Virus record (IMG/VR): IMGVR_UViG_2778261421_000003 | Coordinates: 1-37,073 of that record | DNA: 37,073 bases | Source: a virus | Taxonomy: Duplodnaviria > Heunggongvirae > Uroviricota > Caudoviricetes | Strand: one strand, 5' to 3' | Program-made: the position numbers and the translations under genes | Notes under the pieces: generated by a model | What the model saw: the letters and a program-made list of their open reading frames with translations, nothing else | Database searches by the model: none | What the model was told of the DNA's origin: nothing | Shown: one piece after another, positions 16,507-26,168 of the stretch | Layout of the letters: the number at the start of each line of letters is the position of its first letter | Position numbering within the stretch: the first letter of the stretch is position 1

Positions 16507-18387
16507 TTATGCTGCGGGATTATTGATTTCCAGCACCAGGCTGCCGATATCGACGCCGTACGCGGCATTTTTAGTGATATCAGTTAACGTCAGCGCATTC
16601 AGCCCCAGTGTCAGACTGTCTTTTATGACCTGGAATGCCGGGCCAGCCACTCCATTCAGTTTCGGAGTAACCGTGGCACTGCCGGCGGTGAACACCAGCT
16701 CCAGCGTCTGCCAGTCGTTACTGTAATTCCCGAACTCGCCCAACTTTGTGTTTCCGGCTTTCTTGTGATGCATCAGATTCAGTTTGCCGTCTGTGGTCTG
16801 GGTGAAGAACGACATCAGGAACGGGTTACCAGTCCCGGTCATCGCCACGACGTCAGGTAACGCTACATCGGTATACAGATAAATTCCCAGACCGAACTGG
16901 TTGTTGGTCAGTGCGCCTGACAGTCGAAACTTACAGCTCAGTCTGCCACCCCGTGTCAGCAGGGAGACTGCGTCATCCACCGGATGCATCAGGGACCAGG
17001 TTTTATTGCTCTGCTTGGTAACCTTAAACACACCATCTTCCAGCGCAACACTGCCGCCGGTGATGGTCCAGCCCTGCGCAGCAGCCTCTCCGGCTGTCGG
17101 CAGCAGGGAGACTGTACGAACGGATGTGTCACCATCAGACGGCCCCGATGGAGTGTCGCCGCCGGGCGAGGGTTTAATCTCCGGTGCGGTACCGCTGATG
17201 AAGGCGCTGGTTCGACCAACTGCGTTCAGAATAGCGGTTGCCAGGCGATCCGAAATAATGCCCCTGCGCGCCCATGAACTGAAATGTGTCGGACGATTTG
17301 ACGATACCCAATTACCATTACTACGGGATTGCGCGCCGTAATAACCTGCATCAGCAATATCCGGGTCTTCTGCCGGTAAGTTGGTGGGCGTGTTGTTGCC
17401 GTTACCGTCGGTCATGAACGGCACAAAGAAAACGTTGTCGCTCTCCCTGTTTTTGTACGCGCCGTAGACGGAGTCATACTGTGTGCCGTATGTGTTTTTC
17501 CAGTAATACGTCGTGTCGCCACAAATCCACGGTACAACTGCAGCACTGCCGCCATGGCACTGCGCGTTAAATCCGGAAAGGTCAGTACGGAACTGCTTCA
17601 GCATGGCCGTGAACAGGTCCGGTTGCTGTGCGTAGGTGGCAGCGCTCATGTCAAATTCGCCCTGCATCCAGCACACCGCCAGCAACACATTTTTCGGGTT
17701 CTTCTGTAATGCAGCTTTAGTGCGCGCAATCAGGTCCTGATATAACGGTTTACCCACACCCCAGCGCGCCGAATCCTGGCTGGCCCCCGTGGTCGTACTG
17801 AATGTTCCCTCCGCGCCCTGAGTGAATGCCGAACCACCACGACAGCATGGTACCAGCAGGATCCCCGCGTTATTCGGGATATACGGGAGCAGTTTTTTGG
17901 CAATATGTAAGCCCTGGCCGACACAGCCGTACTGCCCTTTGCTCAGGTCTGCCTTCGGATGATTCAGTGCGCTCATATCCTGAACATCATGCAGGCAGTG
18001 GTCTGCCGGAATGATGTCGTTAAATGCGCATGCTTTACCACCGGGAGTCACTGTGTTGCGACGGGCCAGTTGCTTAATGCGTGGGTGGGGCGCATCGTAA
18101 GAATCCGGCAGCGGCATTCCATCACCATATGACATGGCATTGGATTGACCAGCAAGTACCACCACGTAATACCACTCCGGCACGCTGCCGTGCTGGGGGG
18201 AATCAGGTGAGATGTCTGTAGTGCCATCGGCCACCATTGCCTGCATTAGATACCACGGGGTGCCGGGTTCGTAGGCAACCCGCGTCTCCCCCTGAAGATG
18301 CCACCCTTTCGCAAGATGTTCATTCACCTTTTGAGTCAGTTCAGCCTGTGTCATGGCTGTAATCAGTGCAAAGTTCTTACTGGTCAT
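16507..18387 (-). CDS. Prophage sialate O-acetylesterase-like protein (NanS-p-like): DUF1737-like N-terminus, SASA/SGNH esterase core, C-terminal beta-rich domain
   Basis: 626 aa. N-terminus MTSKNFALITAMTQAELTQKVNEHLAKGWHLQGE resembles DUF1737; VVVLAGQSNAMSYG is the GQSN motif of SASA-type esterases. Sits between lysC and R, where P2 has no gene. Confidence 0.6.
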   Translation of the reverse strand: MTSKNFALITAMTQAELTQKVNEHLAKGWHLQGETRVAYEPGTPWYLMQAMVADGTTDISPDSPQHGSVPEWYYVVVLAGQSNAMSYGDGMPLPDSYDAPHPRIKQLARRNTVTPGGKACAFNDIIPADHCLHDVQDMSALNHPKADLSKGQYGCVGQGLHIAKKLLPYIPNNAGILLVPCCRGGSAFTQGAEGTFSTTTGASQDSARWGVGKPLYQDLIARTKAALQKNPKNVLLAVCWMQGEFDMSAATYAQQPDLFTAMLKQFRTDLSGFNAQCHGGSAAVVPWICGDTTYYWKNTYGTQYDSVYGAYKNRESDNVFFVPFMTDGNGNNTPTNLPAEDPDIADAGYYGAQSRSNGNWVSSNRPTHFSSWARRGIISDRLATAILNAVGRTSAFISGTAPEIKPSPGGDTPSGPSDGDTSVRTVSLLPTAGEAAAQGWTITGGSVALEDGVFKVTKQSNKTWSLMHPVDDAVSLLTRGGRLSCKFRLSGALTNNQFGLGIYLYTDVALPDVVAMTGTGNPFLMSFFTQTTDGKLNLMHHKKAGNTKLGEFGNYSNDWQTLELVFTAGSATVTPKLNGVAGPAFQVIKDSLTLGLNALTLTDITKNAAYGVDIGSLVLEINNPAA

Positions 18388-18665
18388 TGTGTTACTCCCG
18401 TCTGGTGTGTCAGTTCGGCTATTCTCTTATCCAGTTCAGCAATGGCCCGTTTATCCGCGTTACAGGTTTCCAGTGCATCCAGAAGGCGGTCGCCCCATAT
18501 TCCGAGGTTTCCCCATGTGGGTTGGTCAGGGAAGGGGGGAGGCGTTACCGGCATGGTCAGCGTCTGCGGTATAAGCCGGACTGACGGCGCTGGCCGTGGC
18601 GCGTTCTGCGTGCCTGCGCAACCTGTCAGTAAAACGAGCGTCAGGCAAAGCGTGGGCGCATTCAT
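18384..18665 (-). CDS. lysC: Outer-membrane spanin lipoprotein (LysC/Rz1-like)
   Basis: Lipobox LLTGCAG after a short signal peptide and a proline-rich body. Overlaps the 3' part of lysB in another frame, as P2 lysB/lysC do. Start chosen at MNAPTL. Confidence 0.55.
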   Translation of the reverse strand: MNAPTLCLTLVLLTGCAGTQNAPRPAPSVRLIPQTLTMPVTPPPFPDQPTWGNLGIWGDRLLDALETCNADKRAIAELDKRIAELTHQTGVTQ

Positions 18666-18933
18666 CTTTTGCAATATCGTTGCGTAGCTGTTCACGTCTT
18701 ACCTCTCCGTCCTGATTGCGTTGCTGATTGTCCGCGCGGAGCTGAGCCAGCACCTGCTGCATATCCTGTACCCCGGCGCTGATGATATTCAGTGTGTCGA
18801 CGGTACTTTTCAGGGTGCTGGCCTGCGCTTCGTTTCTGGCGTTCTCCCGGCCCAGCGACCACGACAGACGCATGGATGTTCCCCATGCGGCAATCAGAAG
18901 GGAAGCGACGCCAAGCGTGGGCCAGAGCTTCAT
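18526..18933 (-). CDS. lysB: Inner-membrane spanin (LysB/Rz-like)
   Basis: Start MKLWPTLGVASLLIAAWG (N-terminal TM helix) directly after the endolysin stop, then a coiled-coil-like periplasmic part. The upstream ORF extension is rejected. Confidence 0.55.
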   Translation of the reverse strand: MKLWPTLGVASLLIAAWGTSMRLSWSLGRENARNEAQASTLKSTVDTLNIISAGVQDMQQVLAQLRADNQQRNQDGEVRREQLRNDIAKDECAHALPDARFTDRLRRHAERATASAVSPAYTADADHAGNASPLP

Positions 18934-19322
18934 GCCGGATAGGCTCCGTGTGGTAACTGAAAATGCGGTCCGTCTTTCAGGGTCTTCCAGTCGCCGCCCC
19001 ATTCCACCGGAATATTCAGTTCCCGGCTGGCCTGTCTGAATGCTGCTGCGATTTTTTCGTACAGCGGCCATTCCCATGACACCTGGCTGCCAACATAAGC
19101 CACAACATCCACGGCATGCCCTGTGAGATGGCGACTGTTCATGGTCTGGCTCTTGCCTGTGGTCACGAGCTGCTTCTGACGATAACGACTGCGCAATCCT
19201 TCGGTGATACCAAAATCCACTTCCGAGATTTCCAGCGCCCGTCGGGTCACTTTCACCAGATCAGGATTTACACCCTGCAAATTCTTTTCGCTTCGGCTGC
19301 TGAATTTAAATGTGTTGCTCAT
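18930..19322 (-). CDS. Endolysin, peptidase M15-type (L-alanyl-D-glutamate peptidase-like)
   Basis: 130 aa with SRHLTGHAVDV, which I read as the M15 zinc-binding motif. Lies between the holin and spanins; this is not the P2 gpK lysozyme type. Confidence 0.6.
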   Translation of the reverse strand: MSNTFKFSSRSEKNLQGVNPDLVKVTRRALEISEVDFGITEGLRSRYRQKQLVTTGKSQTMNSRHLTGHAVDVVAYVGSQVSWEWPLYEKIAAAFRQASRELNIPVEWGGDWKTLKDGPHFQLPHGAYPA

Positions 19323-19642
19323 TCGTTCCTCTCCTTCACCCTGCGATCAAATATTGCAATAACCTTGTCGCGTGCTTTCTCTGCGCCCATAAAACCGATT
19401 GAGGCACCAAAAAACGTCACTGCATCCTCAGGGATCCCGAAGAAGCGCAGCGACCCGGCCACGGTCATGGCAAGAACGCCGCACGCCAGCGATCCCGTTA
19501 CGGTCTGAACCAGTGTTCGTCCGTCATAAAGACTCATCAGCGCGGAAATGCTGACAGCCGCGCCTACTGCATACACCGTTGGCAGGTGGTCAAAGAGCCA
19601 CGCAATAACCTGCTCTGTGATCCCTGTTTGAATGGTGCTCAC
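19319..19642 (-). CDS. Putative holin
   Basis: Hydrophobic product with about three transmembrane segments and a charged C-terminus (DRRVKERNE), between X and the endolysin. The start is uncertain (a GTG near 19640-19642 is my guess); the long upstream extension overlaps X and is rejected. Confidence 0.45.
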   Translation of the reverse strand: MSTIQTGITEQVIAWLFDHLPTVYAVGAAVSISALMSLYDGRTLVQTVTGSLACGVLAMTVAGSLRFFGIPEDAVTFFGASIGFMGAEKARDKVIAIFDRRVKERNE

Positions 19643-19644
19643 TG

Positions 19645-19851
19645 CTACTCCCCCCACAACTGAATCATTTCTCGTTTCTTCTTCTCCGGCTCCGGCATCT
19701 CCACTTCCTGCCCGGCGTCCAGAAATACCTGCTGACAGAGTCCGGGGTTGGCATCCAGCACCTTTTCGGTGACGCCCTGTGTCGTGCCGTAGTACCGGAA
19801 ACAGAGCGAATCCACGGTGTCGCCTTCCAGTGCCTTCACTTTCATCAGCAC
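19645..19851 (-). CDS. X: Tail protein gpX
   Basis: 68 aa (P2 X is 67 aa), between L and the lysis genes. Confidence 0.7.
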   Translation of the reverse strand: MLMKVKALEGDTVDSLCFRYYGTTQGVTEKVLDANPGLCQQVFLDAGQEVEMPEPEKKKREMIQLWGE

Positions 19852-20348
19852 AGCTCCGCAAACATTCGCGGTCGTCCCAGAATGTCAGAGATGGCCCAGC
19901 TCACATCGCGCCACAAATCCGATGTCTGTATATCCAGTGCGTCCGCCCGGCGGTCGCCCTTGTCCGTTGTGTCCGCATCGCGATAACGCTCCAGAATCAG
20001 GGCGCGTGTGGCGGTATAAACAGCATTGCGCCAGTGCCAGAGATTGACGCTTTCTCCGTTAATTACAGGGGCCGGAACATCGGCCAGCGTCTGATAGCCA
20101 GCCGCCTGTTGTTCCTGCTGCCATGCTTCCAGCTCGCGGGTAACGTGTGCTATGGCCCCGGTGGCGGTATGCAGCAGGCGGGAGGTGGTCACGCGGCCCG
20201 GCAGTCGTACCGCCAGACGCAGCTCGCGCAGCACAATATCCGGCCAGAATGCACCCGCTGAAATACGGGTATCGCCATCATCGGTGTCGGTGATGTCGTC
20301 CTCTGCAGGGCCGGGGTTAGTTCTGGCAACCATACTCATGGGGTTCAC
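19845..20348 (-). CDS. L: Capsid completion protein gpL
   Basis: 167 aa (P2 L is 169 aa), directly after M. Confidence 0.75.
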   Translation of the reverse strand: MNPMSMVARTNPGPAEDDITDTDDGDTRISAGAFWPDIVLRELRLAVRLPGRVTTSRLLHTATGAIAHVTRELEAWQQEQQAAGYQTLADVPAPVINGESVNLWHWRNAVYTATRALILERYRDADTTDKGDRRADALDIQTSDLWRDVSWAISDILGRPRMFAELC

Positions 20349-20440
20349 TCCTGAAAAAATCGGGCGGTGGGTGCGCGGTGTAAACGGTCACGGAGTCAAA
20401 CCGGAACACCGCGCACGCCGCCCGCTGACGGGGTCAGTCG

Positions 20441-21241
20441 TTAACCGCGCTTTGCCTTCTGCGTCGCGGTGGTTTTTCGTGTTGCAGGCTTCTGCGTTGT
20501 CTTTTTACTTTTGCTGCTTTTGTCCTGCGTCTGCTGTGCGCTGGCGTCTTCTGGTGCGGCTGCGGAATCGGCTTTTTTCAGGGCGCGGGAAAGGGTTGCA
20601 ATCTCGCGTTTCACACCTGCGTTCGGGTTCAGGTGCATCGCTTCGCGCAGCAGCTTCAGTGATGAGGCCATGTTGTCTGCATCGGTCAGGCCACGACGGG
20701 CAAAGGCACACGCCTTGCATAATTTGGCGCGCACTTCGTCCGGCATGTCCTGGTTGGCGACAATTTCCCAAAGTGTGTCCAGTGGTTCGATAAAGGCGGA
20801 TAAATCCGCGTCGGCATCCGTCCCGGCCTGCGTCAGTACCGGGTTGCAGATTTCTTCGGTCAGTACCGTGGCAGCAGTACGACCAAAGTTATCCGGCATG
20901 ATGAGGTTGTGACGGACCACATATGCACCAATACGCAGCGCCAGCGGAAGATCGCCGCAGTCAATCGCCCACACCATCAGCGTGGCAATTACTTCGTCCT
21001 GTTGCCCGCCGTCAGTCTCCAGCGTTCCCTCAATCCAGCCGGAAAAGTCCGGCAACAACTCTTTTTTGATGGCGGCTTTCGCGCTTCTGGCCTGTACGCC
21101 CTTTAGCCTGGCCTGTGCCAGACGCAGACGATACAGCACCTCTTCATGCGCGGTACGCGCGGCGTGGTCCACACCTTCATTCGCCCGGCCTGCGCGCTGT
21201 GCCATCACGTTCTGCCAGTGTTGTTGTGCAGGAGTAATCAT
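20441..21241 (-). CDS. M: Terminase endonuclease (small) subunit gpM
   Basis: 266 aa with a basic Lys/Thr-rich C-terminal tail, after the capsid gene N. Confidence 0.75.
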   Translation of the reverse strand: MITPAQQHWQNVMAQRAGRANEGVDHAARTAHEEVLYRLRLAQARLKGVQARSAKAAIKKELLPDFSGWIEGTLETDGGQQDEVIATLMVWAIDCGDLPLALRIGAYVVRHNLIMPDNFGRTAATVLTEEICNPVLTQAGTDADADLSAFIEPLDTLWEIVANQDMPDEVRAKLCKACAFARRGLTDADNMASSLKLLREAMHLNPNAGVKREIATLSRALKKADSAAAPEDASAQQTQDKSSKSKKTTQKPATRKTTATQKAKRG

Positions 21242-21286
21242 TTTTTCTCTCCGTTACAGGCGGGCATGATGCCCGCCGTGAGTTGA

Positions 21287-22339
21287 TTAGCTGTCGGCGA
21301 ACTTCAGGCCAGTGATCATTGCGCACTTGCCATAGTCTTCAACGACATAAGCGTCATTGATGGACTGGTAGGTGGCGATGCGGTTGTATTCCGGCTCGTC
21401 TTTCATCAGGCGACGCATTGAACCTTTCTGCCAGTAAATCGACAGGTTGTTGAACGAGGTGATAAGCATCGTTGCATCCGGGAAGAACGGCGCAAGGAAC
21501 ACGCCCAGCCCGCCAATGGTGCGCGATGACAGGATGAGCTGCCCGGCAAGTAATTCCGCATTGGGATTCTGGCCGCTGATGCTGTTCAGCACGGGCAGAC
21601 GCAGCGAGTTAAACAGGTTGCGCCCCATAATCACCGCGAGGTCGTCAGCTTCCTTGTGCCATTCATCCAGCAGGGATGAGCGCGCATCCTGTACCAGAGC
21701 ATCGGCATTCGCATACTTACCCGCGTGCGCCACAGTGTTGTCCATGTTGCGGGAGGTCAGCGTCACGTCATTCATTACGCGCTCGCTGGCATCGGTTCTG
21801 ATGTGCTCCAGCCAGCCCACGTTAACGTCCTGAAGCAGCTTGTTGGTGTGAAAATCAGACTCGTAGGCGTGGGATGTGCCGTTAAAGCCAATCATGATGC
21901 GATCAAGCGCTACCTGCCGGGCGATCTGTGTACCGATACGGGACTGAAAATCGCTGTGGGCCGCCCAGGTATCAAGCTGTGGGTACGAAATAAAGGTATC
22001 GTAGTTCACCTGTTCGCACTGGTACTGATGAGACTTCATATCGATCACGTTATTCGGGTTACGGCGTTTGATGCCGTCATAACTGCTATTCGTGCGCGCA
22101 ATTGGCCCGGTGGTGTCCAGGAGGATTTTTTCGCCTTTCTGGTCGGTCACGCCGATCACGTTAATTCTTTTCGTAAATTCGGTACTTTCCTTTGAGGCGT
22201 TTTCAAAACGCTGCTGCACCGCGGGTTCCACGGTAAATCGCGATACCAGTGCAGATACCGGGATATTGTTAAGCGACGCCTGCTGCGCCATATAGCGACC
22301 CAGCTTGTTGCGGGTAATATCTGACATCACCAGATTCAT
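21287..22339 (-). CDS. N: Major capsid protein gpN
   Basis: 350 aa (P2 N is 357 aa), between O and M. Confidence 0.85.
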   Translation of the reverse strand: MNLVMSDITRNKLGRYMAQQASLNNIPVSALVSRFTVEPAVQQRFENASKESTEFTKRINVIGVTDQKGEKILLDTTGPIARTNSSYDGIKRRNPNNVIDMKSHQYQCEQVNYDTFISYPQLDTWAAHSDFQSRIGTQIARQVALDRIMIGFNGTSHAYESDFHTNKLLQDVNVGWLEHIRTDASERVMNDVTLTSRNMDNTVAHAGKYANADALVQDARSSLLDEWHKEADDLAVIMGRNLFNSLRLPVLNSISGQNPNAELLAGQLILSSRTIGGLGVFLAPFFPDATMLITSFNNLSIYWQKGSMRRLMKDEPEYNRIATYQSINDAYVVEDYGKCAMITGLKFADS

Positions 22340-22362
22340 AAAAAATTTGCTCCTTTGTCTTA

Positions 22363-23199
22363 TCAGAAGTCAGCCAACTGGTCGGAGGCTGCGCCCGTTG
22401 CGGTGAAGCGGTTCTGCGGATCGCCGTCCTGCGTGCGCAGTTTTTCCTTCAGTGTTGTCAGCTCTGTGGTCAGTGACGTGATTTTCTGGCTGTCCTGCTG
22501 ATGGCGGGTTTCCAGTGCATTAAAACGGTCGATAATGTCGGCCTGTGACGTTGCGACACCTTCCACCGCTTCCTGAATACGGGAGAAACTGGCGTCATCC
22601 GCTTTGCGGCCACGGCCAATAATCCCCATAACGCGGTTAAACCACTGGGTGCCTTCTTCCTGACGATGTTCGGTGAGTTCGATGAGTTCCGACTCCATAG
22701 CGGCGGTGAACATCGCCACCTCTCCCTGCTGACAGTTGAATGTCATCAGTTGCATACGTTGTTGTGCCGCAAAGGCCAGACGTTCCGTGCCCAGGCTGGC
22801 GGGGGTGTCGGTCATTGCCAGCCCGCGCAGGTAAGGGCCTCCCGTGATGGTTGACTGTGGTTCCAGCTCAATACTGGAGTAAATTTTTTTACCATCGTTA
22901 AGCAGGGACATCATGCGAGTGGTCGGCTCAATTTCGGCATACAGTGCCGTGCGGCCTGCCAGCGGGCCATCGGTTATGTCTTCGGTGCTCAACCCCACAA
23001 CATCGCCCATAGCGGAAAACTCGCTACCGGGGAGTGGTGACAGGATGTGCTCAATATTCACACGTGCACCATAAACGGACGGGTTATAACTGGTGGCGGC
23101 AGCTTTCAGCATGTCGCCGTTGATTTCGCGCCCGTCTGCCGTTACACCGGAGACAGCCACGCGAAACTTTTTGCGGGATGTCTTTTTTTCATTAGCCAT
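22363..23199 (-). CDS. O: Capsid scaffolding protein gpO
   Basis: Start chosen at the ATG at 23197-23199 (MANEKKTSRKKFRVAVSGVTADGREI), preceded by GAGGGG. Divergent from P, as in P2. Confidence 0.8.
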   Translation of the reverse strand: MANEKKTSRKKFRVAVSGVTADGREINGDMLKAAATSYNPSVYGARVNIEHILSPLPGSEFSAMGDVVGLSTEDITDGPLAGRTALYAEIEPTTRMMSLLNDGKKIYSSIELEPQSTITGGPYLRGLAMTDTPASLGTERLAFAAQQRMQLMTFNCQQGEVAMFTAAMESELIELTEHRQEEGTQWFNRVMGIIGRGRKADDASFSRIQEAVEGVATSQADIIDRFNALETRHQQDSQKITSLTTELTTLKEKLRTQDGDPQNRFTATGAASDQLADF

Positions 23200-23353
23200 A
23201 GTTTTTGCCCCTCTGACTGGTTCTTCAGTCATGATGGCAAAGCGTAACAGGCAGATACAAAGGGCTTTTGTTGTAAGAAAACAGTCAGAGCAGGGGGTTA
23301 AGGAGAACGGTTTCGCGCGCGGGTAATCTTCCTGTAATTACTCAGGGGGAGCA

Positions 23354-25105
23354 ATGATTCAGGATGCTTTTGTGCGCCAGCGTGCGCGGCAACTTTACTG
23401 GCAGGGTTATCCGCCCGCAGAAATATCACGTCTGATGGGAATAAACCCGAACACGATTTATGCGTGGAAAAAACGCGACCAGTGGGATGAAACGCCACCC
23501 GTGCAGCGTGTCACCCAGTCCATCGATGCGCGCCTCATCCAGCTTACTGAAAAACAGAATAAAACAGGCGGTGACTTTAAGGAAATAGACCTGCTGACCC
23601 GGCAGCTTAAAAAACTGCATGATGGCCAGCCGGATGCGACGGCCACAGGAAAGAAAGGCCGGGCGAAAAAACTCAAAAATCATTTCACGCCGGAACAGAT
23701 TGCCGCACTGCGGGAAAAAATCATCAGCAGGCTGGAGTGGCATCAGCGGGGCTGGTTTGACTCCCTGACCCTTTGCAGGGAAGCCGGGATACGTAACAGG
23801 ATGATCCTGAAATCCCGACAGATTGGGGCGACCTGGTATTTTGCTCAGGAAGCACTGCTGATGGCGCTGCGTGACGATGTGGCGCAACCTTACCAGCGTA
23901 ACCAGATTTTTTTGTCTGCGTCGCGTCGTCAGGCGTTCCAGTTTAAAAGCATTATTCAGGAGGCTGCATCTGAAGTTGATGTGGAGCTGAAAGGGGGCGA
24001 TAAAATCATCCTCTCCAACGGCGCAGAGCTGCATTTTCTTGGTACTTCTGCTGCGACGGCACAGTCCTACACGGGCAATTTTTATTTTGATGAATTTTTC
24101 TGGGTCAGTCGCTTTGCTGAACTGCGCAAGGTGGCTGGCGCTATGGCAACCCTCAGCGGACTGCGGCGCACCTACTTCTCCACGCCATCCACCGAAACGC
24201 ACGAGGCATACGCCTACTGGAACGGCGACCGCTGGAACGAGAAAAAGGCCTCGCATAAACGCCAGCGTTTTTCTGTGGACTGGAAAACGCTGCATAACGG
24301 GCTTATCTGCCCTGACCGGACGTGGCGGCAAATTGTCACGCTGGAAGATGTGGTTAATCACGGCTGGAAACACACCGATATTGATGAAATTCGTGATGAA
24401 AACACCGAAGACGAGTTCCTCAATCTCTATATGTGTGAGTTTGTCCGCGAAGGGGAATCGGCATTTAACCTGAATATCCTGATTGGCTGTGGTGTTGACG
24501 GATACGACGACTGGAAAGACTGGAAACCTTTTGCTCCCCGCCCGATGGGGAATCGTCCGGTATGGATTGGGTATGACGCAAACGGCAGCAGTGGAAACGG
24601 CGACAGCGGCGCTGTGTCCGTGGTGGTTCCTCCGGCTGTTCCTGGCGGCCGTTTTCGAACGGTGGAGACGCGACGCGTTCAGGGGCTGGAGTTTGAAGAA
24701 CAGGCCAGAGTCATTGAAGAGTTCACGTGTCGCTACAACGTGGAACACATCGGCATTGATGTGACAGGCGGGAACGGGGAGGCTGTTTATCAGATAGTGA
24801 AACGGTTTTTCCCTGCTGCTATTCCGTACACCTTCACGCTGTCATCAAAACGGTCGCTGGTACTGAAAATGCTGCAAATAATGCGTGCCGGGCGGTGGGA
24901 ATACGATCGCGCCGAACGCGAGCTGGTCGCAGCCTTTAACGCCGTGCGTAAGGTGAAAACACCGGGCGGCTTTATCACTTACGAAACGGACCGCGCGAGG
25001 GGGATCAGCCACGGCGACCTTGCGTGGGCAACCATGCTTGCTGTCATTAACGAACCAATTGGCGGCGAAGGAGAAAACGAGCGTTTCACGGTTATGGAGT
25101 TCTGA
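23354..25105 (+). CDS. P: Terminase ATPase (large) subunit gpP
   Basis: 583 aa (P2 P is about 590 aa), divergent from O and followed by Q. Confidence 0.85.
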   Translation: MIQDAFVRQRARQLYWQGYPPAEISRLMGINPNTIYAWKKRDQWDETPPVQRVTQSIDARLIQLTEKQNKTGGDFKEIDLLTRQLKKLHDGQPDATATGKKGRAKKLKNHFTPEQIAALREKIISRLEWHQRGWFDSLTLCREAGIRNRMILKSRQIGATWYFAQEALLMALRDDVAQPYQRNQIFLSASRRQAFQFKSIIQEAASEVDVELKGGDKIILSNGAELHFLGTSAATAQSYTGNFYFDEFFWVSRFAELRKVAGAMATLSGLRRTYFSTPSTETHEAYAYWNGDRWNEKKASHKRQRFSVDWKTLHNGLICPDRTWRQIVTLEDVVNHGWKHTDIDEIRDENTEDEFLNLYMCEFVREGESAFNLNILIGCGVDGYDDWKDWKPFAPRPMGNRPVWIGYDANGSSGNGDSGAVSVVVPPAVPGGRFRTVETRRVQGLEFEEQARVIEEFTCRYNVEHIGIDVTGGNGEAVYQIVKRFFPAAIPYTFTLSSKRSLVLKMLQIMRAGRWEYDRAERELVAAFNAVRKVKTPGGFITYETDRARGISHGDLAWATMLAVINEPIGGEGENERFTVMEF

Positions 25106-26151
25106 TGAGCAGAAAAAATAAAAAAGTGCGCATGAGTTCACGCATTGATCTCGCTGATGCGCTCAGGAAAGAATCATCGCTCAGTGCATTCACATTTGAT
25201 GGTCCTTATCGCCTGACCGGGCATGACCTGCTGGACAATATGTACTGTGCTGATAACGGGCGGTGGTATGAAACCCCGGTGGACTGGTACGGTCTGGCAA
25301 GAGCAGCCCGGCAAACGTCCTGGCATCAGTCTGCGCTTTACTTTAAGCGCAATGTATTACTCGGTTGCTACATCCCGCACCCGCTGCTTTCCCGGCAGGA
25401 TTTCTCGGCGCTGGCGCTGGACTGGTTTGTGTTCGGTAACGCATTCCTTGAGCTTCGAAGCAATATGCTCGGCGAACCGCTTAAATTACGGCACGCCCTG
25501 GCGAAATACATGCGACGCGGAAGCGATCTTGAATCATGGTGGTATGTGCAGGATGGCAAGGACGCGTTTCAGTTTCGTCCTGGCAAAGTGTGCCACCTGA
25601 TGAATCCGGATATTAACCAGGAAATCTACGGCATGCCGGAATATCTTGGCGCATTACTCTCGGCCAGCCTTTCTCATTCGGCGGACATGTTCAGAAAACT
25701 GTACTACGACAACGGATCCCACGCCGGGTGCATCATCTACATCGGTGCAGCGCAGGTAAACCGCGAAAGCATGGACTCCCTGAAAGAAACGCTACAGGGG
25801 GCACGTGGTGGTGGTGCGTTTAAAAACGTGCTCATTCATGCGCCCAACGGGGGCAAAGAGGGGGTGCAAATTTTGCCGTTCCAGCAGATCACCGCAAAAG
25901 ATGAATTCATGAATGTTAAGGCGGCATCCCGTGATGATGTGCTGGCTGCGCACCGCGTTCCGCCGCAACTGATGGGGGCGATGCCGGGCGAAAAAAGTGC
26001 GTTTGGCGATGTGGAGAAGGCAGCGCGGGTTTACGCAATTAACGAGCTGATGCCCGTCATGGAGGCTATGAAGCACATCAATGACTGGCTTGGCGAAGAG
26101 GTGATCCGTTTTAACTCTTATGCTCTTCTTGATGAAAAAACAGCCCCGTGA
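25105..26151 (+). CDS. Q: Portal protein gpQ
   Basis: 348 aa (P2 Q is about 344 aa), start overlapping the P stop. Confidence 0.85.
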   Translation: MSRKNKKVRMSSRIDLADALRKESSLSAFTFDGPYRLTGHDLLDNMYCADNGRWYETPVDWYGLARAARQTSWHQSALYFKRNVLLGCYIPHPLLSRQDFSALALDWFVFGNAFLELRSNMLGEPLKLRHALAKYMRRGSDLESWWYVQDGKDAFQFRPGKVCHLMNPDINQEIYGMPEYLGALLSASLSHSADMFRKLYYDNGSHAGCIIYIGAAQVNRESMDSLKETLQGARGGGAFKNVLIHAPNGGKEGVQILPFQQITAKDEFMNVKAASRDDVLAAHRVPPQLMGAMPGEKSAFGDVEKAARVYAINELMPVMEAMKHINDWLGEEVIRFNSYALLDEKTAP

Positions 26152-26168
26152 TGGGGCTGTCCTTTTTA
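26134..26168. terminator. Bidirectional rho-independent terminator at the Q stop
   Basis: ACAGCCCC-gtgat-GGGGCTGT with an A-run before and CCTTTTT after. The Q stop is in the loop and the stop of the convergent 174-aa gene abuts the T-run. Confidence 0.6.

Noticed and set aside
23426-24748. 440-aa ORF on the minus strand
   Set aside because: It lies entirely antisense to the terminase large-subunit gene P, which has clear terminase character; it is a shadow ORF from GC-rich coding sequence.
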